A stretch of 64,000 nucleotides of DNA from Candidatus Bathyarchaeota archaeon (GTDB taxonomy: Archaea; Thermoproteota; Bathyarchaeia; Bathyarchaeales; Bathycorpusculaceae): contig CAVZIW010000010.1 of the NCBI GenBank assembly GCA_963775465.1, forward strand, positions 1 to 64,000, given 5' to 3'. The notes under the pieces were generated by a model. It searched no databases. It saw nothing but the letters and a program-made list of their open reading frames with translations, and was not told the origin of the DNA. Shown piece by piece: positions 42,433 through 50,986 of the stretch. The stretch's first letter is position 1; every line of letters begins with the position of its first letter. The position numbers were made by a program, and so were the translations under genes.

Positions 42433-44133
42433 CTACTTAGGTTGATTTCCCATTTTAACTCTTATTTGCGCCAGTTGCTCGTCAAGTTTTTCTTCGTCAG
42501 TTTCTACTTTGTGGAACAAAGGTATAGGTTTGGAGATTTTGTGCCCAGCTTCAACAGGTTTTAAAGCATCGAACCATTTTTCTTCGTGAACATTTCCATT
42601 GAGTTGCAAGGTTTGCCAAATCTGTTCTGCTGTTTGAGGCATAAAAGGCTCCGATAAAGTGGCTAAAGCCTTAACAACTTGCGCCGCAACGTAAAAGATT
42701 GAACCTGCTTTTTCCTTGTCAGTTTTCATCAGATTCCAGGGTTCTTTGGTATTTAGATACTGATTGCCTATTCGGCTTATTCCGATTAATGTGTTTGCCG
42801 CAGATTGTAGTCGGCAATCTTCAAGTTCTGTAGCGGCTTGTTCTACTTTTGTCTTTATCGTCTGTAGTAATGCCTCATCATCTTTGTCTATTTTGGACGG
42901 GGCTGGAATGTGCCCTTCAAACTTGCTGGCAATAAAAGAGAGAGTGCGGTGAATGAAGTTGCCGTATGTATCGTTTAAGTCTGCGTTAATTTTGTCGCTA
43001 AAGGCGCTCCATGTAAAGTTGGTATCCTTGCTCTCAGGGCGAGTCGCAATCAGGAAGAAGCGCCAATAGTCTACAGGGAACATTTCCAAAGCTTCGTCGA
43101 TCCAGATTCCGACTCGTTGGCTCTTTGAAGCTTTTTGACCTCTAAACTGAAGGAACTCAGTAGCAGAAACATTCCACGGCAAGTTATATCCTTGTCCTGA
43201 AGCCAGAAGGAGTGCTGGTAGAATTATGGTGTGGAAGGGTATGTTATCTTTGCCTACAAAATAGAGCGTTTTAGCATCTTTATCAAACCAGAATTTCCGC
43301 CATTTCTCCGGTTTTCCAAGACGTTGGCATTGTTCGATCGTTGCAGAAACATAACCTAGAACCGCATCAACCCATACATAGATGGTTTTTCCCTCTGCAC
43401 CTTCAAATGGCGCTGGGATGCCCCATTCGACGTCACGTGTTACGGCTCGGGGTTTTAAGCCTTCTTTTATCCAGTTTAAGCTAAAATTTTTAACATTAGC
43501 TGGCAACTGCTGATTTTCTCTGAGGTATCGAGTTAAGGGGTCAGCAAGTTTAGAGAGATCAATGTACCAGTGCTTTGTTGTTTTCACTGTAGGTTTACTT
43601 TTGCAGATCACACAGTACGGTTCAACAAGTGAAGTGGGTTCAAGGAGCTTGCCGCACATGTCGCATTGGTCACCACGGGCTTTCTCACAGCCACAGTAAG
43701 GGCATTTGCCTTCTACAAATCGATCTGGTAAAAATCGTTGATCATGGTCGCAATAGAGCATTTGGGTCTCTTTGCTTAATATATAGCCGTTTTGTTGGAT
43801 TTCAAGTAAAGTTTTTTGAACAAACTGTTTATGGATGGGGCTCTCTGTTGTTGTGTAATTGTCAAAGGATGCATTCCATTTATGGAAGAGTTCGGAGACT
43901 TTGGCGTGATTTTTGTCTGTTAGGGTTTTTGGCGTAATGCCTTGTTTAATTGCTTCAACCTCAATTGGTGTGCCGTGAGTATCAGATCCGCTAACCATTA
44001 GCACGTCACTGCCTTTGAGCCTGTAATACCTTGCTGCAACATCTGCCGAAAGGACCGATCCCACTAAATTACCAAGATGTGGCGTAACGTTGATGTATGG
44101 CCAAGCGGAGGTAACTAAAACTTTTTCTGGCAA
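42433..44133 (-). CDS. metG: Methionine--tRNA ligase
   Basis: AWPY...HLGN, SGSDTHG, Zn knuckles, YVWVDA, GKDNIPFH, KASKS; probable TTG start at 44133. Confidence 0.96.
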   Translation of the reverse strand: MPEKVLVTSAWPYINVTPHLGNLVGSVLSADVAARYYRLKGSDVLMVSGSDTHGTPIEVEAIKQGITPKTLTDKNHAKVSELFHKWNASFDNYTTTESPIHKQFVQKTLLEIQQNGYILSKETQMLYCDHDQRFLPDRFVEGKCPYCGCEKARGDQCDMCGKLLEPTSLVEPYCVICKSKPTVKTTKHWYIDLSKLADPLTRYLRENQQLPANVKNFSLNWIKEGLKPRAVTRDVEWGIPAPFEGAEGKTIYVWVDAVLGYVSATIEQCQRLGKPEKWRKFWFDKDAKTLYFVGKDNIPFHTIILPALLLASGQGYNLPWNVSATEFLQFRGQKASKSQRVGIWIDEALEMFPVDYWRFFLIATRPESKDTNFTWSAFSDKINADLNDTYGNFIHRTLSFIASKFEGHIPAPSKIDKDDEALLQTIKTKVEQAATELEDCRLQSAANTLIGISRIGNQYLNTKEPWNLMKTDKEKAGSIFYVAAQVVKALATLSEPFMPQTAEQIWQTLQLNGNVHEEKWFDALKPVEAGHKISKPIPLFHKVETDEEKLDEQLAQIRVKMGNQPK

Positions 44134-44306
44134 CCTAATCTCCAACAAACGGTTAAGTACCAACCTTATTAAAATTGCTATAATAAACGCAATGAGTTCA
44201 AAGTCGATTTTAACCTCTTTTACTGTGGCTGGGTATTTAAAAATCTTGGATTCTTTGGGAATGCTTAAATTTTAAAGTTACAATACCCGTAACTTGAGGA
44301 CTGCCT

Positions 44307-45380
44307 TTGCCTTATTGTCGAAGATGCGGAACCAAACTTGATGAAACTGCACATTTCTGTTATAAATGTGGAACGCCAGGTGCTTTACCTTACTCGTACC
44401 TGCCGCCCCCGCCTCCTAAATCTCAAGTTCCTCTGAGAAAAGATCCAGTCATAGTAATTGCAATTGTCTTAATGTCAATATTGCTTGCAAGCGTTTTTGT
44501 AGCAATTTTGCTTAGTGCACCTTTTGCAACAATTAATATAGAACAAACTTACCAAGACAATACCGCTAACATTGATATGTTAAACCTAAACTTTCAATCT
44601 AGTGCTGCAAAAGTTACAATCTTTACTCAAAAAATTAACGACAATAATTTCTTGATTGCAATTGATGGGATAGCTTCGAAAGGTATGTTTAGTGGCGAAA
44701 CTGGTAACCCCATAGCATTAACCACTTATAATGGCACCGAAGACGGCGTTTTAACAATAACAATTATCCTTGAAGAATCAACTGCTTTTTCTAGGTTAAC
44801 AGTGGACTGTACGATTTATGTTAACCCTGAATTGAAACTAAGTCTTAACGTAACCTCCAAAGCGGGACAGGTCAGCTTAACCGCCGATAAAGAAGCGACC
44901 TTTCAAAATCTTAATCTTCAGAGTTCTGCGGGGCAAGTTCAAGCAAACCTGCAGAATGCAACGATTGAGGGAAATTTGTCTCTTAAAACTCAAGCTGGAA
45001 GAGTGGATTTTAGAGTAAGCCAGGTCAAAGTTGAAGGGAACAATACAATCACTCTGCAGGCTAACACTGGATCTATAAATATGGATATTAATGAAACTAA
45101 GACTCTTCAAGGAAACCTCTATGTTAACGCTCTTACGGATTTGGGTTCTATAAACTTGGATTTAGCTGTGGATAGTGGTGTTGCAGCAAAGGTGACTTCC
45201 CAAACTAGCCTTGGAAGTATCCATATTACGCAAAAGAATTTTTCAGGTAGTCAATCTCCAATTCAATCGAACAATTACCCTGATCAGAGTAACATTGAAA
45301 TTAACAACAAGACTAACCTCGGCAGCATCAATATAAACGCAAACTATCAATCTGTAACAAGCCCAAACACTAGAAACTAA
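44307..45380 (+). CDS. Zinc-ribbon membrane protein with adhesin-like (DUF4097-type) beta repeats
   Basis: CRRCG...FCYKCG, Pro-rich linker, TM helix, repeated xxAG/LGSI strands. Confidence 0.78.
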   Translation: MPYCRRCGTKLDETAHFCYKCGTPGALPYSYLPPPPPKSQVPLRKDPVIVIAIVLMSILLASVFVAILLSAPFATINIEQTYQDNTANIDMLNLNFQSSAAKVTIFTQKINDNNFLIAIDGIASKGMFSGETGNPIALTTYNGTEDGVLTITIILEESTAFSRLTVDCTIYVNPELKLSLNVTSKAGQVSLTADKEATFQNLNLQSSAGQVQANLQNATIEGNLSLKTQAGRVDFRVSQVKVEGNNTITLQANTGSINMDINETKTLQGNLYVNALTDLGSINLDLAVDSGVAAKVTSQTSLGSIHITQKNFSGSQSPIQSNNYPDQSNIEINNKTNLGSININANYQSVTSPNTRN

Positions 45381-45442
45381 AAACATCAAGAAAGCCCTAA
45401 ATGTTTAAAACTCTCTACAGACCTTTTTAGGATAATAAAGAG

Positions 45443-45682
45443 GTGAATTTTTTGGTACAAATAACTCGTCAACAACTCCAAGAAAACAACGGAAAAAATG
45501 GGAAACCAGCCTATGTTGCTTATCAAGGCAAAGTCTACGAAGTTACAGACAGTAGCTTCTGGATGGAAGGAGACCACCTAGGAATGCATGAAGCAGGCAA
45601 AGATTTAACAGAAGAATTAGAAATGGCGCCGCATAAAGACGAAAATCTTCAGAGAGTAAAATTAGTAGGTGACTTGGTTTAG
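45443..45682 (+). CDS. Cytochrome b5-like heme/steroid-binding protein
   Basis: NGKNGKPAYVAYQGKVYEVT, GDH, HEAGKDLT, APH. Confidence 0.88.
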   Translation: MNFLVQITRQQLQENNGKNGKPAYVAYQGKVYEVTDSSFWMEGDHLGMHEAGKDLTEELEMAPHKDENLQRVKLVGDLV

Positions 45683-46914
45683 AAAATGAAGTTTAGCACA
45701 GAATCAACTCTGTGCAAAGCTTCAAACACATTTTTTATGTCTTTAACACTCAAAGTTTCCCTTGTTTTGTAAAGTTCATTAACTGTTGTGTTCAGGCAAT
45801 CAAAGGCCGATTTTACGTCTAAATCGTTGTTCATATTGCGTTCAAAATCAACTTTTATTTTCTTTGTTGTCTCTTCATGTTTTGCATTTTCATTAGTTGC
45901 TTTTATTTCTGTTATCTCAGAAATCATTTTTCTGAAACTATCTAACATTTGGCTCGTTTCTGCTATCTTTTCATAAGTAAAATTCAGTTTTTTCCTATAG
46001 CATCCATAGATTAAGAAGAACCTCAATTGATCACCGCTAAAACCCTGAGTGGAAACATCGCTTGTATAGAGTACATTGCCTTTGCTTTTGGACATTTTTG
46101 CGCCATCAACAAAAAGATGACCGCCATGAAGCCAGTAGCGTGAAAACTGTTTTCCTGAACATGCCTCTGCAACCGCCAGTGTGTAGTCGTGATGTCTGAC
46201 CAAATTGTCAATTCCTCCGCAGGCAACATCAATAGAAAAACCCATTTGTTTTGTTACTATTGCTGCATCTTGAATGTTCCAAGCCGGTCTGCCTCTGCCA
46301 ATTGTTGTATCGTAGCAAAAATCTTCTCGGTCGCAGCCATGCCACAAAACAAAGTCGCCTTTATTCCAAGGTGTTCCAGGATAAGTATCCAAATGGAAGT
46401 GTCGTTTCTGTTTGGGCCATTTTGTAATGTCAAGGTGTGCAAGTTTGCCAAAACCACCGAACTTTAGGGGGTCATAATATGCGTTTTTTTTGCCATTGTA
46501 AGAGTACCAATAAGCATATCCATTTTCGAGAAGTTTAGAAATTAATTTGACTGATTGATCAACTGCTTTTGATGCTCTAATTGGGTAGGTTGGCTTTTTG
46601 ATTCTTAATAGCTCAAAATCTTTAAAAAAAACGTCTTCGTTTTTTGCTGTCAACTCTTCAACTGTCACTTTTTCTTTTTTAGCTTGTAAAATTGCTTTGT
46701 CTTCGATATCTGTTAATGTCATTAATCGCTCGACTTTGTAGCCTTGGTATTCCATGTATCGTTGGAAGATGTCTTCGAAAAGGAAGGTGCGGAAGTTCCC
46801 GATGTGGGCCCGTTGATATGTTGAGGGACCACACGTGTACATTTTGACCTTCATGTCTTTGGCTGGTTTGAACCCTTCAATTTTGCAAGTTAATGAATTG
46901 AAAATTTTCAGCAT
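45679..46914 (-). CDS. Cysteinyl-tRNA synthetase-like ligase (MshC-like architecture, altered active site)
   Basis: YTCGPSTY..AHIGN, TDIEDK, KMSKS, DALR-like helices; only 411 aa. Confidence 0.85.
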   Translation of the reverse strand: MLKIFNSLTCKIEGFKPAKDMKVKMYTCGPSTYQRAHIGNFRTFLFEDIFQRYMEYQGYKVERLMTLTDIEDKAILQAKKEKVTVEELTAKNEDVFFKDFELLRIKKPTYPIRASKAVDQSVKLISKLLENGYAYWYSYNGKKNAYYDPLKFGGFGKLAHLDITKWPKQKRHFHLDTYPGTPWNKGDFVLWHGCDREDFCYDTTIGRGRPAWNIQDAAIVTKQMGFSIDVACGGIDNLVRHHDYTLAVAEACSGKQFSRYWLHGGHLFVDGAKMSKSKGNVLYTSDVSTQGFSGDQLRFFLIYGCYRKKLNFTYEKIAETSQMLDSFRKMISEITEIKATNENAKHEETTKKIKVDFERNMNNDLDVKSAFDCLNTTVNELYKTRETLSVKDIKNVFEALHRVDSVLNFIF

Positions 46915-46923
46915 TTTTTGGTT

Positions 46924-47400
46924 TTACTCAGTTGGATTTTGTTCTTGTTCGATTTGTCTTAATGTATTTTTTGCTTCCTCGACGTGGCGTTCTGCTTTAG
47001 TTTGCGAAACAAAAACGTGTCGAACAATACCCTTCTTATCGATAATGTATGTTACTCGCCCTGGGATTATTCCCATAGTTGAAGGTACACCATACAGTTC
47101 TCGCACTTTATTATCCACATCTGCAAGAAGAATAAATGGTAGTCCGTAATGTGTGGCGAAGGATTTGTGCGATTCTACGCTTTGCCCGCTTACTCCAATG
47201 ACTTCAGCTCCTAATTCTGTCAGTTCTTCATAGTTATCCCTAAAAGTGCATGCCTCCTTGGTGCAGCCTGATGTTTCATCTTTAGGGTAAAAATAGAGAA
47301 CTATGTTTTTCTTGCCCAAATATTCTGAGAGAGTTACATTGTCCCCCATCTGTGAAGGAAGTGTGAAATCAGGTGCTTTATCTCCTGCTTTAACTTGCAA
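46924..47400 (-). CDS. bcp: Peroxiredoxin (BCP/PrxQ)
   Basis: GDKAPDF, YFYPKDETSGCTKEAC, GRVTYIID; TTG start after GGTGA. Confidence 0.93.
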   Translation of the reverse strand: MQVKAGDKAPDFTLPSQMGDNVTLSEYLGKKNIVLYFYPKDETSGCTKEACTFRDNYEELTELGAEVIGVSGQSVESHKSFATHYGLPFILLADVDNKVRELYGVPSTMGIIPGRVTYIIDKKGIVRHVFVSQTKAERHVEEAKNTLRQIEQEQNPTE

Positions 47401-47500
47401 AAAATCACCGAACAATATTGACTTTAATAGGCTATTATTGTTTTCGTAGATCAAAATCAAATGTTATAAATGGCAATGTGTATAGAAACATGGCGATTGT

Positions 47501-48100
47501 TTGGAAAAAACATTGAATGCTGTCAACCATCAATGTCACGCTATATATTTTGTTGCTTCTGGGGTTCCAGTTGTTTTTTTCCACGGTTTATCCTATACTG
47601 GTAAGATTTGGCAACAGATCGGCGTAACTGACCTCTTAACTGAGAAGCGCATTCCTTTCTTAGCATTGGATATGCCATATGGGATGAGAAGTCAATGTCA
47701 ACCAAAAACGCGTAGCCCAGAAAAAAACATCCTTTTTGCAAATGAAGCAATCAACTCTGTTTTCGAGTCTCAAACTCCTATTTTGGTTGGTGCAAGCATC
47801 GGCGGAAACATTGCACTCAGATACGCAACACGGTTTCCTGCTAAAGGTTTGTTATTGATTGCCCCTGCAAGATCTCTTGAACCAGACATTCTAAAGGCGT
47901 ATAATCAATTCAAATTTCCCTCAACTATTGTTTGGGGTTCCGAAGATAATATCGTTGCAAGTGAAGACATGCGTACTTTGGTTGATAAGTTGCCAAACGC
48001 AAAACTAGTTATCTACGATGGCGCAGGTCATTCTGCTTACAAGGACCAATCTGATCGTTTTAAACATGATTTACTTGAGTTATACGCAAGGTCAGAATAG
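47501..48100 (+). CDS. Alpha/beta hydrolase (ABHD14-like)
   Basis: FHG, DMPYG, GASIGG nucleophile elbow, WGSED, GAGH. Confidence 0.88.
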   Translation: MEKTLNAVNHQCHAIYFVASGVPVVFFHGLSYTGKIWQQIGVTDLLTEKRIPFLALDMPYGMRSQCQPKTRSPEKNILFANEAINSVFESQTPILVGASIGGNIALRYATRFPAKGLLLIAPARSLEPDILKAYNQFKFPSTIVWGSEDNIVASEDMRTLVDKLPNAKLVIYDGAGHSAYKDQSDRFKHDLLELYARSE

Positions 48101-48124
48101 GCAGTTTTGCAGGAGTATGTTGGC

Positions 48125-48682
48125 TTAGTGTGGTTTAGCTTTTATTATATAATGGTGAGGTCCGGCATCCCTCGCGTCTATCAAAGTGAACCCTGCTGCC
48201 TTCATTAGCCCTTCGGCATATTCTTCGCTGAACCTAATGTTGATAGGTGGACCAAACGGCATCGCTATTTTTTTCCAATCCAAGTCAACTAGCATTCCTG
48301 TTGGCTTGATCATTTGCCAAGCATTGTCAAGCACTTTTGCGGGGTTGCTAAAGTCATGTAAATCCATGCTGTAAAATATGAAGTCGGCGCAATGGCTGCA
48401 AAAAACAGTATCTTCGGCTTTTCCTGCTTTTGTGGTTATGTTGGTTAAGCCCTCGGAAGAAGCTTTGAGTTTTAGTTTCTCAATGGCTTGACTGTCGACA
48501 TCGATAGCGTAGACTCTTCCTTTTTCACCAACTTTTTTTGCAGCTAGAATACTAAAGAAGCCGTCGCCGCACCCAACATCAACAAAAGTCATGCCTGAAT
48601 GTAATTCATGCAAAATAATTTCTGGATTGTACCATGAGCGTCTGGTTGCTTCGTCGAGGCTGAATCCACCGTGACATCCCAT
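48125..48682 (-). CDS. Class I SAM-dependent methyltransferase
   Basis: VDVGCGDG, VYAIDV, LHD, KPTG, DW...GPP. Confidence 0.88.
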   Translation of the reverse strand: MGCHGGFSLDEATRRSWYNPEIILHELHSGMTFVDVGCGDGFFSILAAKKVGEKGRVYAIDVDSQAIEKLKLKASSEGLTNITTKAGKAEDTVFCSHCADFIFYSMDLHDFSNPAKVLDNAWQMIKPTGMLVDLDWKKIAMPFGPPINIRFSEEYAEGLMKAAGFTLIDARDAGPHHYIIKAKPH

Positions 48683-48691
48683 AAGCTGGCA

Positions 48692-48988
48692 CTACTTTTC
48701 CAGGAGTTGTCGAATTTGTTTTTCGTGTGTTTGGCGAGTTGTGAGGGGGTAAATCTCTCTGTCTAAGTCAAAGAACATTGGATCTTGCCCGATGATTTTG
48801 GAGAGTTTTTCGTCTGATTCAGCGTTGACAATTAACATACTTCCCTGTTGCCCAATTAAGTGGTAGTAGGTTTCTAGAGTTTTTTCTTTTTCTAAGTCTT
48901 CAAAATACTTGAATTGCAGCGGAAGCATCCTTGACCATTTTTCAATCGAAACTTCACGTTTAACTTTTTGAATTATTAGGAATTTCAT
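48692..48988 (-). CDS. Muconolactone isomerase/DUF3303-like small protein
   Basis: MKFLII, GSMLIVNAES, DP, EIYPL pattern. Confidence 0.6.
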   Translation of the reverse strand: MKFLIIQKVKREVSIEKWSRMLPLQFKYFEDLEKEKTLETYYHLIGQQGSMLIVNAESDEKLSKIIGQDPMFFDLDREIYPLTTRQTHEKQIRQLLEK

Positions 48989-49071
48989 AGCTCATTCCAT
49001 ACAAAGGTAACTGGGGTTAACTATAAAGCCTTTTTAAAAAATGGAAAAATTGAGATTGAAGAGGGCGAAGT

Positions 49072-49215
49072 TTATTCTTTCTTTTCTCCGTGTCCCTTCC
49101 ACATTTCCTGCATTCTCATGGGCATTTTTGACATTGCATCTTTGGCTAGATCCATCAATTGTTCATTAACTTCAAGTTCAACTGTTATCTTTAGTTTGCC
49201 TTTTTTTTCTGCCAT
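49072..49215 (-). CDS. Putative 47-aa protein, coupled to upstream ORF
   Basis: MAEKKGKLKITVELEVNEQLMDLAKDAMSKMPMRMQEMWKGHGEKKE*; starts 1 nt after the stop of 49217..49522; preceded by GGAGGTGG. Confidence 0.7.
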   Translation of the reverse strand: MAEKKGKLKITVELEVNEQLMDLAKDAMSKMPMRMQEMWKGHGEKKE

Positions 49216-49216
49216 T

Positions 49217-49522
49217 TCAGTCATGGAACCACCTCCTGTATCTGTATAACTGTTGAGGAAAAAGGTTAGAGAGAAGATGCACAGCTTGTTTACCTGTTAG
49301 CTCCAAGTCGATTTCGATTCGATAATGAAACTTGCCTAAACGTTTTGTGTGGGTTTTGTATTTACCGATTACTTCAGTATCCCTGAAGCGGTGTAATTGT
49401 TGATTAACAAGAAGCGTTATTGCTGTGGGTGCTAAGGGTTCAAAGACAAGAGCCGTTCTGAACAACACTCGGATAGCGCTTCCTATGAGCGATTCTGAAA
49501 TCGATGCTCGATTATTTGCCAT
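49217..49522 (-). CDS. Hypothetical protein
   Basis: 101-aa ORF with GAGG RBS, first gene of an apparent two-gene unit. Confidence 0.65.
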   Translation of the reverse strand: MANNRASISESLIGSAIRVLFRTALVFEPLAPTAITLLVNQQLHRFRDTEVIGKYKTHTKRLGKFHYRIEIDLELTGKQAVHLLSNLFPQQLYRYRRWFHD

Positions 49523-49655
49523 GATTTTTCCTCAAAATTTAAGCTACAAAATCGAGATATTATCTCCTAAATCATTAATCCTTTACTTGATTAAAAACTT
49601 TTTTAGAGACGAATTTTTAAGTTACTCCAGAAATTAAAGTCAAGGCGTTCTCTAA

Positions 49656-50159
49656 ATGTCACTTGAAGAAATACAGATGCAAATTTACGGTTGCAAAAAA
49701 TGCCGTCTCTGGCAAGGAGCAAAGCACGCTGTTCCAGGCGAAGGACCATTAAACTCCAAAGTAATGATTGTTGGGCAAAATCCGGGTTCGGATGAAGATG
49801 AAACGGGGCGGCCGTTTATTGGCAGGGCAGGAAAATACCTCACAAAAACCCTTGCTGATTTCGGAATAAACCGTGAAGAAGTATTCATAACAAATATAGT
49901 GAAACATGTTTCACCAGGAAACCGCAAGCCTCTTCCAGATGAAGTAGTTGCATGCCTACCTTATCTGACTGAGCAAATCAGAATAATTAAACCAAAAATT
50001 ATTGTTCTTCTAGGCGCCTCTGCAAAAGAAACTCCCCGACAGCAAGGAATAGAATACTTCGAAGTTGTTCATCCTTCCGCTGCCATGCGATTTACAAAGA
50101 TGCGTGAACGATTCAGAACACAAATCGAGCAATTAGCAAACCGCATTAACCGAATTTAG
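49656..50159 (+). CDS. Uracil-DNA glycosylase, family 4-like
   Basis: CKKCRL, VPGEG, GQNPG..ED..GRPFIG.AG, TNIVKH, HPSA. Confidence 0.88.
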   Translation: MSLEEIQMQIYGCKKCRLWQGAKHAVPGEGPLNSKVMIVGQNPGSDEDETGRPFIGRAGKYLTKTLADFGINREEVFITNIVKHVSPGNRKPLPDEVVACLPYLTEQIRIIKPKIIVLLGASAKETPRQQGIEYFEVVHPSAAMRFTKMRERFRTQIEQLANRINRI

Positions 50160-50267
50160 CTAACTACCCATATCACGGGCTAAATGTCATATTCATTTTA
50201 CAGATAGTGCGCTCTTGTAGTAAAGGTAACTCTAGATAATCCATCTTGGAGATATAATTTCTAAAAT

Positions 50268-50897
50268 TTACTTCATTGGTTGCCTTATTATGGTTCTCAA
50301 TTTCTCTGGTGCTATCCTGCCGGGGTTGTTTAGATAGATTTCATGATGTTTGCCCCTTAGAGTGTACCCGATGTTTTGAATAAACTCATGTATCTTCGCG
50401 ATGGTTGCTCCTTCGCTTGAATATGGTCCAATATACATGATTTGCGCGGCCTTCCCCTCGAAGAAACTTTCAAACCGTATTTTAGCGATCGCTGGCAGGT
50501 CTTTCTTTTTCTTTATTTGTTCAATTGCTTCTTTTACGTCTTCAGAGGTAACATATTGGGGTTGCATTATCATCGCGGTCCATTTCCATTCGTCTTTGCG
50601 ATCTGCGCTGAATTTTGTCATGTCGTCAGCCCACCATAATCCCTCTAGAGGCAAAACCACATAGTCGACATCTCTGCTTTTTTTGATCATGAACTTGAGA
50701 GTATATGAAACACTAAACAATGCTTCAATTGCCACTATGTACTCAGGGGAATTGTTGGGGGATCTCTGTCCGTCAACCATAAGAAAATTCATAGCTGGCA
50801 CGTCAACAACTGTGACTTCTTTAGATGAAGCATTGTAGAATTCTTTACACTGTTTTTTTATATCCACTTTATCCATAATAATCCAATCAAACTCCAA
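50268..50897 (-). CDS. GyrI-like small-molecule-binding protein
   Basis: PLEGLWW, WKWTAMIMQP, GPYSSE, HHEIYL, LRTIIRQP. Confidence 0.88.
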   Translation of the reverse strand: MEFDWIIMDKVDIKKQCKEFYNASSKEVTVVDVPAMNFLMVDGQRSPNNSPEYIVAIEALFSVSYTLKFMIKKSRDVDYVVLPLEGLWWADDMTKFSADRKDEWKWTAMIMQPQYVTSEDVKEAIEQIKKKKDLPAIAKIRFESFFEGKAAQIMYIGPYSSEGATIAKIHEFIQNIGYTLRGKHHEIYLNNPGRIAPEKLRTIIRQPMK

Positions 50898-50986
50898 TCC
50901 TGCCTAAGACAATAAATAATTTTTTGCATTAGGCGATAGAATTTTGATTTTTAAATTTAGGAATTGAAAAAAACCAGAGTTCATGA

